Shown piece after piece: positions 29,616 through 38,982 of a DNA stretch of 64,000 nt. Positions within the stretch are counted from its first letter, which is position 1; the number at the start of each line of letters is the position of its first letter. Location of the stretch: positions 1 to 64,000 of the IMG/VR virus record IMGVR_UViG_3300035698_013740; one strand, written 5' to 3'. Made by a program: the position numbers and the translations under genes. The stretch comes from a virus. The notes beneath the pieces are model-generated. The model worked only from the letters and a program-made list of their open reading frames with translations. It had not been told where the DNA came from and did no database searches.

Positions 29616-31019
29616 ATGGCAAAACGGAAAAAAAAGATTTTATTGTTGTCTGATGATTTACGAATGCACTCAGGAATAGCAACAATTAGCAGGCAAATAG
29701 TTACAGGTACTGCAGACAAATTTGACTGGGTTCAAATGGGCGCTGCAATAACTCATCCTGATGAAGGAAAAATATTTGATCTCTCTCAAGCAATTCAAGA
29801 AGAAACTGGGTGTAAAGATGCTAGCGTAAAGGTTTATCCTTGCTCAGGCTACGGAGATCCAAATAAGCTAAGGGAAATTATAGCTAGAGAACAGCCCGAT
29901 GCAATTCTCCACTTTACCGATCCTAGATATTGGATATGGTTATATGAATCTGCACACGAATTTAGAGAAAAACTTCCAATTTTATTCTATCACATTTGGG
30001 ATGATCTCCCAGATCCAATGTATAATAGAAATTATTTTGAATCATGTGATTGGATTTCATGTATTTCTAAGCAAACATATGGAATCGTTAGGAGAGTTTG
30101 GGGAAGTAAAAGGGAATCTACTTGGAATCAGCCAAAAAAGTGGCAAGTAAAATACGTTCCCCATGGAATCAGTTCAGATTGGTATTATCCTGTTACAGAT
30201 GAGGCTGAGCTAGTTGAAATGGAGACATTTACGGAACAGGTAAAAACTCAATGTGGTAAAAAGGATTTTGTTTTGTTATGGATTAACAGAAATATTAGAC
30301 GTAAACAGCCTGGAGATCTCATCTTAGCGTATAAAGAATTTTGTGATAAATTACCTAAGGCAAAATCTAAAAAATGCTTATTGTTAATGCACACTTCTCC
30401 AATTGATGATAATGGTACAGATCTAATTGCAGTAAAGAAAGAATTATGTCCAGATTATGATGTGATCTTCTCAGGTGGTGGATTAGATACTACTAGAATG
30501 AATTGGTTACATAATATGGCAGATGTTACAATTAATATTGCCAACAATGAGGGCTTTGGTCTTACAACATGTGAATCAATGATGGCTGGAAATCCAATTA
30601 TTGTAAATGTCACAGGTGGATTACAGGATCAATGTGGATTTTCAGTTGATGGAGTAGAATTAGATGAAGAAGATTATGTAAAGCATGGATCACTACATAA
30701 TTGGAAAACATGGGAAGGCAAAGTAGATCACGGAGTATGGGTGAAACCAATTTGGTCTAGAGTTAGAAGTCTTAATGGTTCACCACCTACCCCATATATT
30801 TTCGATGACAGAGTAGATTACGAAGAAGTATCAGATAAGATTATGGAATGGTACAATACTCCAGCAGATGAAAGAAAGGCTGCAGGATTAGCAGGAAGGC
30901 AATGGCTATTAGATGGTAAATTAAACCATAATTACATGTGTGATGCCATGGCAGACGGAATAAACGATACATTAAAAAATTGGAAACCTCTTAAACGATT
31001 TACTGTAAATAAAATATGA
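29616..31019 (+). CDS. GT-B (GT4-like) glycosyltransferase
   Basis: 'NRNIRRKQ','NEGFGLTTCESMMAG','TGGLQDQ'. Confidence 0.9.
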   Translation: MAKRKKKILLLSDDLRMHSGIATISRQIVTGTADKFDWVQMGAAITHPDEGKIFDLSQAIQEETGCKDASVKVYPCSGYGDPNKLREIIAREQPDAILHFTDPRYWIWLYESAHEFREKLPILFYHIWDDLPDPMYNRNYFESCDWISCISKQTYGIVRRVWGSKRESTWNQPKKWQVKYVPHGISSDWYYPVTDEAELVEMETFTEQVKTQCGKKDFVLLWINRNIRRKQPGDLILAYKEFCDKLPKAKSKKCLLLMHTSPIDDNGTDLIAVKKELCPDYDVIFSGGGLDTTRMNWLHNMADVTINIANNEGFGLTTCESMMAGNPIIVNVTGGLQDQCGFSVDGVELDEEDYVKHGSLHNWKTWEGKVDHGVWVKPIWSRVRSLNGSPPTPYIFDDRVDYEEVSDKIMEWYNTPADERKAAGLAGRQWLLDGKLNHNYMCDAMADGINDTLKNWKPLKRFTVNKI

Positions 31020-31483
31020 TAGAAATTAAAGCAGCAAGTGACTTTTTCCTAGACATTCAAAACAGATTTTCAGTATTCCTTGCTGGGAGTATTGAAATGG
31101 GAAAGGCAGAAAAGTGGCAAGATAAGGTAGTTAAATTATTGGAAGAAGATGACGTAATTGTCTTAAATCCAAGACGTGATGATTGGGACTCATCATGGGA
31201 ACAAACGGATGGTGATAATGAATTTACAAAACAAGTAGAATGGGAATTATTAGCTCAGACATATTGTGATTTGATCATAATGTATTTTGATCCTAACACT
31301 ACATCTCCAATTACACTGTTAGAACTTGGCTTATTTGGAGCAACACATCCACAATCAATTGTTGTATGTTGCCCAGAAGGATTTTACAGAAAAGGAAATG
31401 TGGATGTTACATGTAGATGGTACGGAATTAAACAAGTTAATTCAATCGAAGAATTGGTTAACGAAGTAAAGGGTAGATTATAA
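31016..31483 (+). CDS. Nucleoside 2-deoxyribosyltransferase-like protein
   Basis: 'VFLAGSI','WQ','NPRR','QVEWE','SPITLLELG'. Confidence 0.85.
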   Translation: MIEIKAASDFFLDIQNRFSVFLAGSIEMGKAEKWQDKVVKLLEEDDVIVLNPRRDDWDSSWEQTDGDNEFTKQVEWELLAQTYCDLIIMYFDPNTTSPITLLELGLFGATHPQSIVVCCPEGFYRKGNVDVTCRWYGIKQVNSIEELVNEVKGRL

Positions 31484-31888
31484 ATGACAAAATTGCAAGA
31501 AGCAATACAGCGTGGTATACATAAAGTATCTGACCAACTTCATAGACAAACCATGTGTGGTGGACCCGAAGTTTTATACGTGTCACCACGGGTATATACT
31601 GAAATTGAAAGAATGGACGGGTTCTATGATGGGACGTATTGCAACCGATACCACATCGTCAAAACGAATGCATTTATAGCAGGACCAGATGTATATGCAA
31701 TAGTACCACGAGGTAGATTGACATACACATGTGAACCAACTGATAGTACGCCAATAGTTGATGCTGAGGGGTTGGATACACTACTCGATATACCACATAT
31801 TAATATTGAAGTGGTACGTGAGATACAACTGGCAGTGGATGCGACGTTTGAATTTACAAAAGAAGAGTGGGAAGAATTAAATGATTAA
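31484..31888 (+). CDS. Small protein resembling a C-terminal segment of T4-type major capsid protein
   Basis: 'IHKVSDQLHRQTMCGGPEVLYVSPRVYTEIERMDGF...NRY' resembles gp23-family 'I.KVSN.IH..TLRGGANF.V.SP.VATILE...GF' (recalled consensus). Confidence 0.55.
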   Translation: MTKLQEAIQRGIHKVSDQLHRQTMCGGPEVLYVSPRVYTEIERMDGFYDGTYCNRYHIVKTNAFIAGPDVYAIVPRGRLTYTCEPTDSTPIVDAEGLDTLLDIPHINIEVVREIQLAVDATFEFTKEEWEELND

Positions 31889-33164
31889 ACCATTATTAAT
31901 ATTTAGTGGACCAGTAGAAACACGATCAGGATACGGTGATCATGCTAGAGATCTAGTTTTATCCCTTATTAAAATGGATAAATTTGATATTAAAATAGCA
32001 TCTACTAGATGGGGTAGCACTCCTATGAATGCACTCTCTACTAGTAATGAAGATCATCAAAGGATACAAAATAGAATCCTAACCCAAAATCCAGATAGAC
32101 CTGTTGACATATGGGTTCAAGTTACAGTACCTCACGAATTTCAAAAGAACGGAAGATTCAATATTGGTATCACTGCCGGAATAGAAACTACCGCTGTATC
32201 TCTAGATTGGATACATGGATGCAACAGAATGGATATGGTTATTGTTCCATCAAATCATGCTAAGGTTTGCTTAGAAGGCACCCAATACAAAGAACAAAAC
32301 AACCAAACTAGTGAAGTTGTTAATGTTCATAAGGTCAATGTTCCTGTTGAAGTTCTATTTGAAGGAACAGATACAAATGTATTTAACAGCGAATACATTT
32401 CTGACGAACATGTAGAAAGTGAGTTATTAAATGTAAAGGACGATTTCAATTTCTTATTTGTAGGCCACTGGCTTCCTGGAGAATTAGGACAAGATCGCAA
32501 AGATGTTGGCATGATGATAAAAACATTCCTAAGTGTTTTCAAAAATAAGAAGGATGCACCTGGATTAATTTTAAAAACTTCTCAAGCTACATTTAGTGTA
32601 TTAGATAGAGAACGAATTGCAACTAATATTAGAGATATTAAGGGAAGCATAACTGGAAAATTACCTAATATCTATTTGTTGCATGGAGATATGACACAAC
32701 CTCAATTAAATTCATTATTTAATCATGATAAGGTTAAAGCAATGGTATCATTTACTAAGGGTGAAGGATATGGAAGACCACTTCAAGAATTTATGTTCAG
32801 TGGAAAGCCAATTATATCATCAAATTGGTCAGGTCATATTGATTTCCTCACAGGATATGCAGATTTAATAGATGGTGAACTGACACCCGTGCATCCAACT
32901 GCAGCAAATAATATGATATTAGAACATGCAAGTTGGTATACATTGAATTATAGTAATGCAGGTAAGGCTCTAATGGAAATGTTTAAAAGTTATGATGAGA
33001 AGATTAAGCACACTAGTGGATTAGTAGAATCTAGATCTTATAAATTTTCTTTAGATTCTATGGATGTAGAATTTGAAAAGCTAATAGAAAAATACGTTAC
33101 AGCACAAACACAGGTTCCACTTAAGTTACCAACAGGTGGGTTGCCTACGCTAAAACAATTATAA
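31881..33164 (+). CDS. GT-B (GT4-like) glycosyltransferase
   Basis: 'SGYG.HARD','DRKD','GEGYGRPLQE','WSGHIDF'. Confidence 0.9.
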   Translation: MIKPLLIFSGPVETRSGYGDHARDLVLSLIKMDKFDIKIASTRWGSTPMNALSTSNEDHQRIQNRILTQNPDRPVDIWVQVTVPHEFQKNGRFNIGITAGIETTAVSLDWIHGCNRMDMVIVPSNHAKVCLEGTQYKEQNNQTSEVVNVHKVNVPVEVLFEGTDTNVFNSEYISDEHVESELLNVKDDFNFLFVGHWLPGELGQDRKDVGMMIKTFLSVFKNKKDAPGLILKTSQATFSVLDRERIATNIRDIKGSITGKLPNIYLLHGDMTQPQLNSLFNHDKVKAMVSFTKGEGYGRPLQEFMFSGKPIISSNWSGHIDFLTGYADLIDGELTPVHPTAANNMILEHASWYTLNYSNAGKALMEMFKSYDEKIKHTSGLVESRSYKFSLDSMDVEFEKLIEKYVTAQTQVPLKLPTGGLPTLKQL

Positions 33165-33167
33165 ATT

Positions 33168-33695
33168 ATGGCAAATTATTCAGCAATATACAAACAGGCA
33201 GCTATCTCAGAGCATGCAGTAAGCCCTACAGGGATACTTCCTATGCAGCTTATAGCATTCGATTATAAGACTCCTGGACCAAGGCGCATTGGATTATCAT
33301 TGGGATATATTCCTAGCACAAAGATGCTACATTGCATTAGACTTAATGCCCTTCCACTTAATCATTTTAGATTACTTATGAAGAATATGATAGATCATAA
33401 ACTTCGTAACATTTATAAGAAGGCAAACAAGCGTAATGTTTTAATCGAATCAATTATAGTAAATAAATTTAGACTTCCATTTGAATCTGTTCCATATGGT
33501 CAGTTACAAAGTTTTTATGCAAACAATTTTAAAAACAACGCATACATAAAAAAGAATCCGGTGTATAGATCGTATCATATGCCTGATATGTCTGCAGCTA
33601 CTGTAATGTTACCAGATTTAGAATATCTAGGATTAATTCCAAGAAAGAATAAACAATCTCCAACGGCAGAGGATATATGGAAGACAACAAAATAA
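33168..33695 (+). CDS. Hypothetical basic protein (weak resemblance to DNA end protector gp2)
   Basis: 'FDYK','LHCIRLNALP','YRSY'. Confidence 0.4.
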   Translation: MANYSAIYKQAAISEHAVSPTGILPMQLIAFDYKTPGPRRIGLSLGYIPSTKMLHCIRLNALPLNHFRLLMKNMIDHKLRNIYKKANKRNVLIESIIVNKFRLPFESVPYGQLQSFYANNFKNNAYIKKNPVYRSYHMPDMSAATVMLPDLEYLGLIPRKNKQSPTAEDIWKTTK

Positions 33696-34372
33696 AAGTT
33701 TCATATGCAATAACTGTCTCTACTGAAATTGAAGAATTAAAGAGACTTATCCATAAGTTAACTTTAGCTAGAGAAGCTTGGGAGAATCAACTAACTAGTG
33801 AAGTTGTTGTATTAGTGGATAAAAGTAATACAACAGAAGAGGTAGTTGAATTTGTAAAAAGTTTAAGTGAGTGGCAACTTCATGGATATGGCCAAGGCTA
33901 TGCAACTAGATCAATTACTAAGGTAGAATTTGCAGATCTAAATAAAGATTTTGCTACATTTAAAAACACTCTAAATTCATTATGCTCAGGCAAATGGATT
34001 TTTCAGTTAGATGCAGATGAGTATCCTCATGATCATCTATTGGAAAACATAAATGAAATATTAGACATCAATGAAGATGTAGAAGTTATATGGGTTCCTA
34101 GAGTTAATACAGTAGAAGGATTAACAAACGAAGATACTGCTCGTTGGAGATGGCATGTAACTGAAAATGGTTGGATTAATTGGCCTGACGCGCAATTGCG
34201 ACTCTACAGAAATAAGCCAGAAATTAAATGGAAAAAACCTGTTCACGAACAGCTTAGTGGATATAAAGTTTGGTCTGCACTTCCAGATGAAGAACAATAT
34301 GCATTGTATCATCCTAAAGGAATTGATAGACAAAGAAGACAAAACGCATTTTACGATACAATACAGGATTGA
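33677..34372 (+). CDS. GT2 glycosyltransferase
   Basis: 'SYAITV','WIFQLDADE','WPD.QLRLY','VHEQL','HPK'. Confidence 0.88.
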   Translation: MEDNKIKVSYAITVSTEIEELKRLIHKLTLAREAWENQLTSEVVVLVDKSNTTEEVVEFVKSLSEWQLHGYGQGYATRSITKVEFADLNKDFATFKNTLNSLCSGKWIFQLDADEYPHDHLLENINEILDINEDVEVIWVPRVNTVEGLTNEDTARWRWHVTENGWINWPDAQLRLYRNKPEIKWKKPVHEQLSGYKVWSALPDEEQYALYHPKGIDRQRRQNAFYDTIQD

Positions 34373-34911
34373 ATCAGAGGCTAATAGCATATCGTGGAAA
34401 TATTCAAGGCAATAAGCCATACTTTCTTAATAAACCAGAGTATGTTGATATCGCTTTACAATATGGATATGATGCAATGGTAGATGTATGGATTAAAGAT
34501 GGTGAGTATTGGTTAGGTCATGACAATCCTAGATATGCAATACCTACTCACTTTTTATCTACAAAGGGAATATGGTGTAGGGCCATGACACGAGAAGCAC
34601 TTGATTCTATGATGAATGAGAAAGATATTCATTGCTTCATGAATGGTAATGATCCAATAGTCCTTACTAACAGGAATATAATGTGGTTAAATGATTCTAC
34701 CAAACTGTTTGACGATATGAAATCTGATGCTGTTTATTTTGATCCAGAAGGTGCTGAAGAAACAATGTATAGAAACATATACGCAATATGTTCAAACAAC
34801 GTAAGAGCAATACGGGAGATATTAACAGGAGAGCAGCAAAGAGAATTTAATATGAATGACGCTAGAGATATTGCAGATATAATACCAGACCTTGATAACT
34901 TTACAGGATAA
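34369..34911 (+). CDS. GDPD/PLC-like phosphodiesterase-fold protein, possibly inactive
   Basis: 'IAYRGN..G...NKPEY...AL..GYDAMVDVW....YWLGHD.P.Y'. Confidence 0.65.
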   Translation: MNQRLIAYRGNIQGNKPYFLNKPEYVDIALQYGYDAMVDVWIKDGEYWLGHDNPRYAIPTHFLSTKGIWCRAMTREALDSMMNEKDIHCFMNGNDPIVLTNRNIMWLNDSTKLFDDMKSDAVYFDPEGAEETMYRNIYAICSNNVRAIREILTGEQQREFNMNDARDIADIIPDLDNFTG

Positions 34912-35626
34912 TATGTACTCAATAATACTTCCATATAGAGATAGATTAAATCATCTAACCAAACTGCTTCCTAGACTCCATGAGAAGTTTGATGGAACGG
35001 ATTACGAAATTTTAATAATAGAACAGGATGATACTGAAAGCTTTAAATTGGCTCAGCTATTTAACGTTGGTGCGTTAAATTCTAAAGGTACCAACTTAGT
35101 ATTTCATGATGTAGATCATTATCCAAGTGATGACGTATCATATGAAATAACTGATAGCCCAGTATATCCAATTCAAAAAGTATTATTTCTGTCAGAAGAT
35201 GGAGAATCATTACGTCCAATGTGGGATGTTCCTGCAGGATATCGTAAGTTTTCAAAGTCAGCAGACGGACACTGGGGTGGAGTGTTTATTCTTACCAAAA
35301 AAATGTTTGAAGGTATTGGTGGTTTTAATCCAATGTATTCCGGTTGGGGTAAAGAGGATAATGATAGGCACCAAAGACTACTGTTAGCAGGATATCACCC
35401 AATTAGAAGACAGGTTGGCACATTTTACGGACTATATCATGAAGACAATTGTCCTTCACATACTGATACTGACTTCGTAAAAAACCACCAAATACTGAAT
35501 GATATGCAAACGTATCTTCACATTGGTCACAAAAATATGACGTATGACTTTACTGAATTTTCGGTTGGTAATGATAAAAGCGTAAGATGGTTAAAGGTTA
35601 CAAACATTAAAACGGTTGGAATATGA
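34892..35626 (+). CDS. GT7 (beta-1,4-galactosyltransferase-like) glycosyltransferase
   Basis: 'PYRDR..HL','IEQ','FNVG','FHDVD','GG','GWGKEDND'. Confidence 0.9.
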   Translation: MITLQDNMYSIILPYRDRLNHLTKLLPRLHEKFDGTDYEILIIEQDDTESFKLAQLFNVGALNSKGTNLVFHDVDHYPSDDVSYEITDSPVYPIQKVLFLSEDGESLRPMWDVPAGYRKFSKSADGHWGGVFILTKKMFEGIGGFNPMYSGWGKEDNDRHQRLLLAGYHPIRRQVGTFYGLYHEDNCPSHTDTDFVKNHQILNDMQTYLHIGHKNMTYDFTEFSVGNDKSVRWLKVTNIKTVGI

Positions 35627-36525
35627 AATACAAAAAGGATCTCATAGTAGGAGCAGTGTCTTCAAATTATGAAGTTAGTGATGTAGTCAATTGGAGTGAG
35701 TCTATTATTAAGTCAGGATTTAAAGGAGATGTAGTAGTATTCTGCTACAACTTTAAGGCGACCGACGCCATTCCCGATTTTTTTAGGAACAAAAATTTTA
35801 AAGTCGTAATTCCGCATTCGGATATGTTTGGTAATGATGTTGAAAAATTTCAAACCCATACTGGTGAAGGAGATTCTACGAATAACTACACATTGGTACA
35901 TCAGCAACGATTTTTTCACTATTGGCAATATTTGAAATATGGTGATGAAATGTATAGATACATTATTACTACTGATGTTAGGGATGTCGTATTTCAAACA
36001 AATCCGTCAGAATATCTAGATTCATTTGATGATGGTGAATATACAATTTTAGCATCTAGTGAGAATGTGTTAGCAGGCAACGAGCCATGGTTTAGCGGAA
36101 TGGCAACAAAACATTTTGGTGGATACGTATTCAATGATGTGTTATCTAAACGTCCAGTATTTAATGTAGGTACATTTGCTGCAAGACATAAAGTTTTTAT
36201 GGATATGTCAATAAACAATTATTACTTATCATTATCATTTCATCCAGGAGTTCTTCCAGCCGTTGGGGATCAAACTGGATTTAATTTGTTGATTGCTACT
36301 GCATATTCAAATTATACTGCAAATTTGGGACCAAGTTCACATTGGGGATGTCAATGTGGAACAATGTTAAATCCGCAATTTGCACAACTTCAAGTAGAAT
36401 CTATTGATGGCATACATGAAAAGGATAGTATTGTTTACAATGGAGATACTCCGTTTGTAATTTTACATCAATATGATAGAGTTCCAGACCTAGTAGAGAA
36501 AATAAACGAAAAATATAGTAAATAA
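35623..36525 (+). CDS. GT-A fold glycosyltransferase-like protein
   Basis: 'RFFHY','TDVRDVVFQTNP','NVG','DQ..FN','HQYDR'. Confidence 0.75.
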   Translation: MKYKKDLIVGAVSSNYEVSDVVNWSESIIKSGFKGDVVVFCYNFKATDAIPDFFRNKNFKVVIPHSDMFGNDVEKFQTHTGEGDSTNNYTLVHQQRFFHYWQYLKYGDEMYRYIITTDVRDVVFQTNPSEYLDSFDDGEYTILASSENVLAGNEPWFSGMATKHFGGYVFNDVLSKRPVFNVGTFAARHKVFMDMSINNYYLSLSFHPGVLPAVGDQTGFNLLIATAYSNYTANLGPSSHWGCQCGTMLNPQFAQLQVESIDGIHEKDSIVYNGDTPFVILHQYDRVPDLVEKINEKYSK

Positions 36526-36526
36526 G

Positions 36527-36889
36527 ATGATTGATTTAGTTGAAAAGTGGAAAGTTACTGGCTTGTTGGAGGGCATTGCTAGTACAGAACGTAAAGAAGT
36601 TATATCTAAACTGTTAGAAGAGTCTTCTAAATATTTAATAAGAATATCAGGAACTAGAACAATATCTGAACAGGCTGCAGGAGTTGTATTACCGGCAGTT
36701 CGACGAGTATATGGTAGTAACGGATACGAAGAATTTGACATTATTGATTTTTGTAAATTTATAAATCTTGAGGTTAGGAAATGGAAACCTAAGTTTAACC
36801 ACTACTCAAAATTAGACGAAGAAGCAGAAATGACTATTTATATATGTGAACAATACATAAAACAAGAGAGACGTAAAAATGGCAGTTGA
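36527..36889 (+). CDS. Small protein resembling the N-terminus of T4-type major capsid protein
   Basis: 'LVEKWKVTGLLEGI....KEVISKLLE' and 'AGVVLPAVRRVYG' resemble gp23-family 'KW.KTGLLEG...MA.LLEN' and 'GVALPLVRR.F' (recalled consensus). Confidence 0.7.
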   Translation: MIDLVEKWKVTGLLEGIASTERKEVISKLLEESSKYLIRISGTRTISEQAAGVVLPAVRRVYGSNGYEEFDIIDFCKFINLEVRKWKPKFNHYSKLDEEAEMTIYICEQYIKQERRKNGS

Positions 36890-37031
36890 AAAAATATATG
36901 AAATTGATTGGGATCTTGTCATCACATTTGATGATTTAAAGAGAATTTTACGGGTATTGGATTTCAGATTTTCGGAATCTGCTACCAATTTAAACCTGAT
37001 AAGTGATTTAACTAAAGAAGTGGTGGTATAA
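36879..37031 (+). CDS. 50-aa hypothetical protein (not in ORF track)
   Basis: MAVEKIYEIDWDLVITFDDLKRILRVLDF...; fills the gap and abuts both neighbours. Confidence 0.55.
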   Translation: MAVEKIYEIDWDLVITFDDLKRILRVLDFRFSESATNLNLISDLTKEVVV

Positions 37032-37033
37032 GT

Positions 37034-37411
37034 ATGGCAATTAATTACCCAGTAGCAGAAATGGCAGATCGATATACGATTGCCCGATTGAAATTTGAAC
37101 GAATTCAATCAAACGAACGTTTCAGATTTTCAGCAGAAATGGATATTTATTTCGAAGAGCTTGATAAATACGAAGAATTGAATCCGTTTTTGGAAAGACT
37201 GTTCGAGAGCAACGGCAAAATCTGGGACCTAGAGACTGAGATTAGACGAGGCGCACTTGAAGATAAAGGGTTTGCGTGGATTGGTGAACGAGCAATTGCT
37301 ATTCGAGATGAGAATCGAGTTAGAGTTGGTATCAAGGGAGAAATCGTTGACCATTACGGTGAAGGATTCAAAGATATGAAGTGTAACTACTCAGGCGGGG
37401 ATGAAGAGTGA
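37034..37411 (+). CDS. DUF6165-like coiled-coil protein
   Basis: 'E.ADR.TI..LK','N.KIWDLE..IR','N..RV.IK..I'. Confidence 0.55.
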   Translation: MAINYPVAEMADRYTIARLKFERIQSNERFRFSAEMDIYFEELDKYEELNPFLERLFESNGKIWDLETEIRRGALEDKGFAWIGERAIAIRDENRVRVGIKGEIVDHYGEGFKDMKCNYSGGDEE

Positions 37412-38307
37412 GAGTATTAATCAAAACATATGGATACTTTGGAGATATTCTTTTTGCATCATCAATTGCTAAATCTCTTAAGACCCATACTCAATATGGG
37501 GTAACTCATGTAGATTTTCTTATTGGATTTCCACAACTTCATGAATTAATGTCAAATAATCCATATATTGATAGAGTATGGGTATCTGATCATCCTAATC
37601 CAATGCCACATAATTCAATATTAGATGAATCACAATATGATAGGATGTATCAATTAGGTCAACTATCATTTAGTCTTCCACCTCCTGAAGAATTTCAAAG
37701 GTTGATTGGTATTGTCAATCCTAGAAAGAATTTTGAAGTGTATACTACTAAAGCTAACGATGAGTTAGTCCAAGCAGAATTTGCGTTAATTCGAGAAAAG
37801 TTAGATCCTTCTCAAAAAATAATTTATATACCATACAATTGGGATGCAAAGGCTTTTAGATATACTGAAGATGAATACGAAGCAGGTAGATATCAAAGAC
37901 CTAGGGATGCAGAAATTCAAACTAGAAGTATTGATAAAATAGTAGATAGTCTATCTCAATATCATTACGTAGTTTTTGGTGGTCTTCCTTACGGTAATTC
38001 ACAAATTGGAGTTGAAAGTCTTCAAAAGAGTTTGGCGTTGGAAGCGTCTATTATAAAGTATGCAGATTGGTATGTTGGTCCAGAAAGTGGATTATGCAAT
38101 ATAGCAGGTGGAGTTGGTACAAAAACGATAATAAATTGGGATTGGGTACATCACTTATATGGTCCTAAGGGAATAATAAAGCAATGTGATCCACCAATGT
38201 TAGGACCTGCAAACATGTTTGGTGCTGATAAACATTGGGTAATAGATCCATATGTAACTGATGAAGAATTATTTCAGAACATAGTGGGCATCATTAAAAA
38301 TAATTAA
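37408..38307 (+). CDS. GT9 (heptosyltransferase-like) glycosyltransferase
   Basis: 'GDILFAS','NNPYIDRV','ASIIKYADWYVGPESGL.NIAGGVGTKTI'. Confidence 0.8.
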   Translation: MRVLIKTYGYFGDILFASSIAKSLKTHTQYGVTHVDFLIGFPQLHELMSNNPYIDRVWVSDHPNPMPHNSILDESQYDRMYQLGQLSFSLPPPEEFQRLIGIVNPRKNFEVYTTKANDELVQAEFALIREKLDPSQKIIYIPYNWDAKAFRYTEDEYEAGRYQRPRDAEIQTRSIDKIVDSLSQYHYVVFGGLPYGNSQIGVESLQKSLALEASIIKYADWYVGPESGLCNIAGGVGTKTIINWDWVHHLYGPKGIIKQCDPPMLGPANMFGADKHWVIDPYVTDEELFQNIVGIIKNN

Positions 38308-38316
38308 AAAAAAAAT

Positions 38317-38982
38317 ATGAGTAAAAATTGTAAATGCGCATCGTGCATATGTGGCACATTAGATAGTAAAGACTTTATAGGTTGGACAGAATCTATTGGA
38401 ATAACACTAAATCCTGCACAAGTGATGCTGTATAACCATGTTATGAATAGTAATAGATGTATTCAATATAAATGTAGGCGACTTGCAGGATTTTCATTTT
38501 TATATACACTGCTTGCATATTGGCTAGTTGTTAAGCATGATAGGTTAGTAGCTATGATAGTACCAAATCATTCAGGAATTAAGTTAATAAAGCAGGATTT
38601 AGTTCGTATGGGATTAGATTGGCCAACTAATGGATTTCTCATAGTGCCAAGTAATAATATAGAAATTGGATTAAGGGGATATGGAAAACTAGATTATGTA
38701 TTTTTTGATGAAGCTAGTTTCTGTAAAAATTTAGAAGACGCAGTTCAAGATTTAAAACGATATACTGCAGGATCAGCTGATGATACTATAGTTCTTTATT
38801 CATCGTTTGCTCATCCATATCTTACATATTTGCAAAGAATGAGTTCTAGGTGGGATAGTGAATGGACGTTTTTTCAAGTTCCTGCATTTGTATTCAATAT
38901 GCAACATAGTAACGCAATGACGCCACAACAAGTTGGACAACCACAATACGCAATGGAAATGGAGTGTAAATTTGATGGATAG
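38317..38982 (+). CDS. Degenerate stand-alone terminase large-subunit ATPase-like domain
   Basis: Q-motif 'LNPAQ', altered Walker A 'KCRRLAGFS', 'LRG', Walker B 'VFFDEASF', altered coupling motif 'LYSS', end 'YAMEMECKF'; no nuclease domain. Confidence 0.65.
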   Translation: MSKNCKCASCICGTLDSKDFIGWTESIGITLNPAQVMLYNHVMNSNRCIQYKCRRLAGFSFLYTLLAYWLVVKHDRLVAMIVPNHSGIKLIKQDLVRMGLDWPTNGFLIVPSNNIEIGLRGYGKLDYVFFDEASFCKNLEDAVQDLKRYTAGSADDTIVLYSSFAHPYLTYLQRMSSRWDSEWTFFQVPAFVFNMQHSNAMTPQQVGQPQYAMEMECKFDG

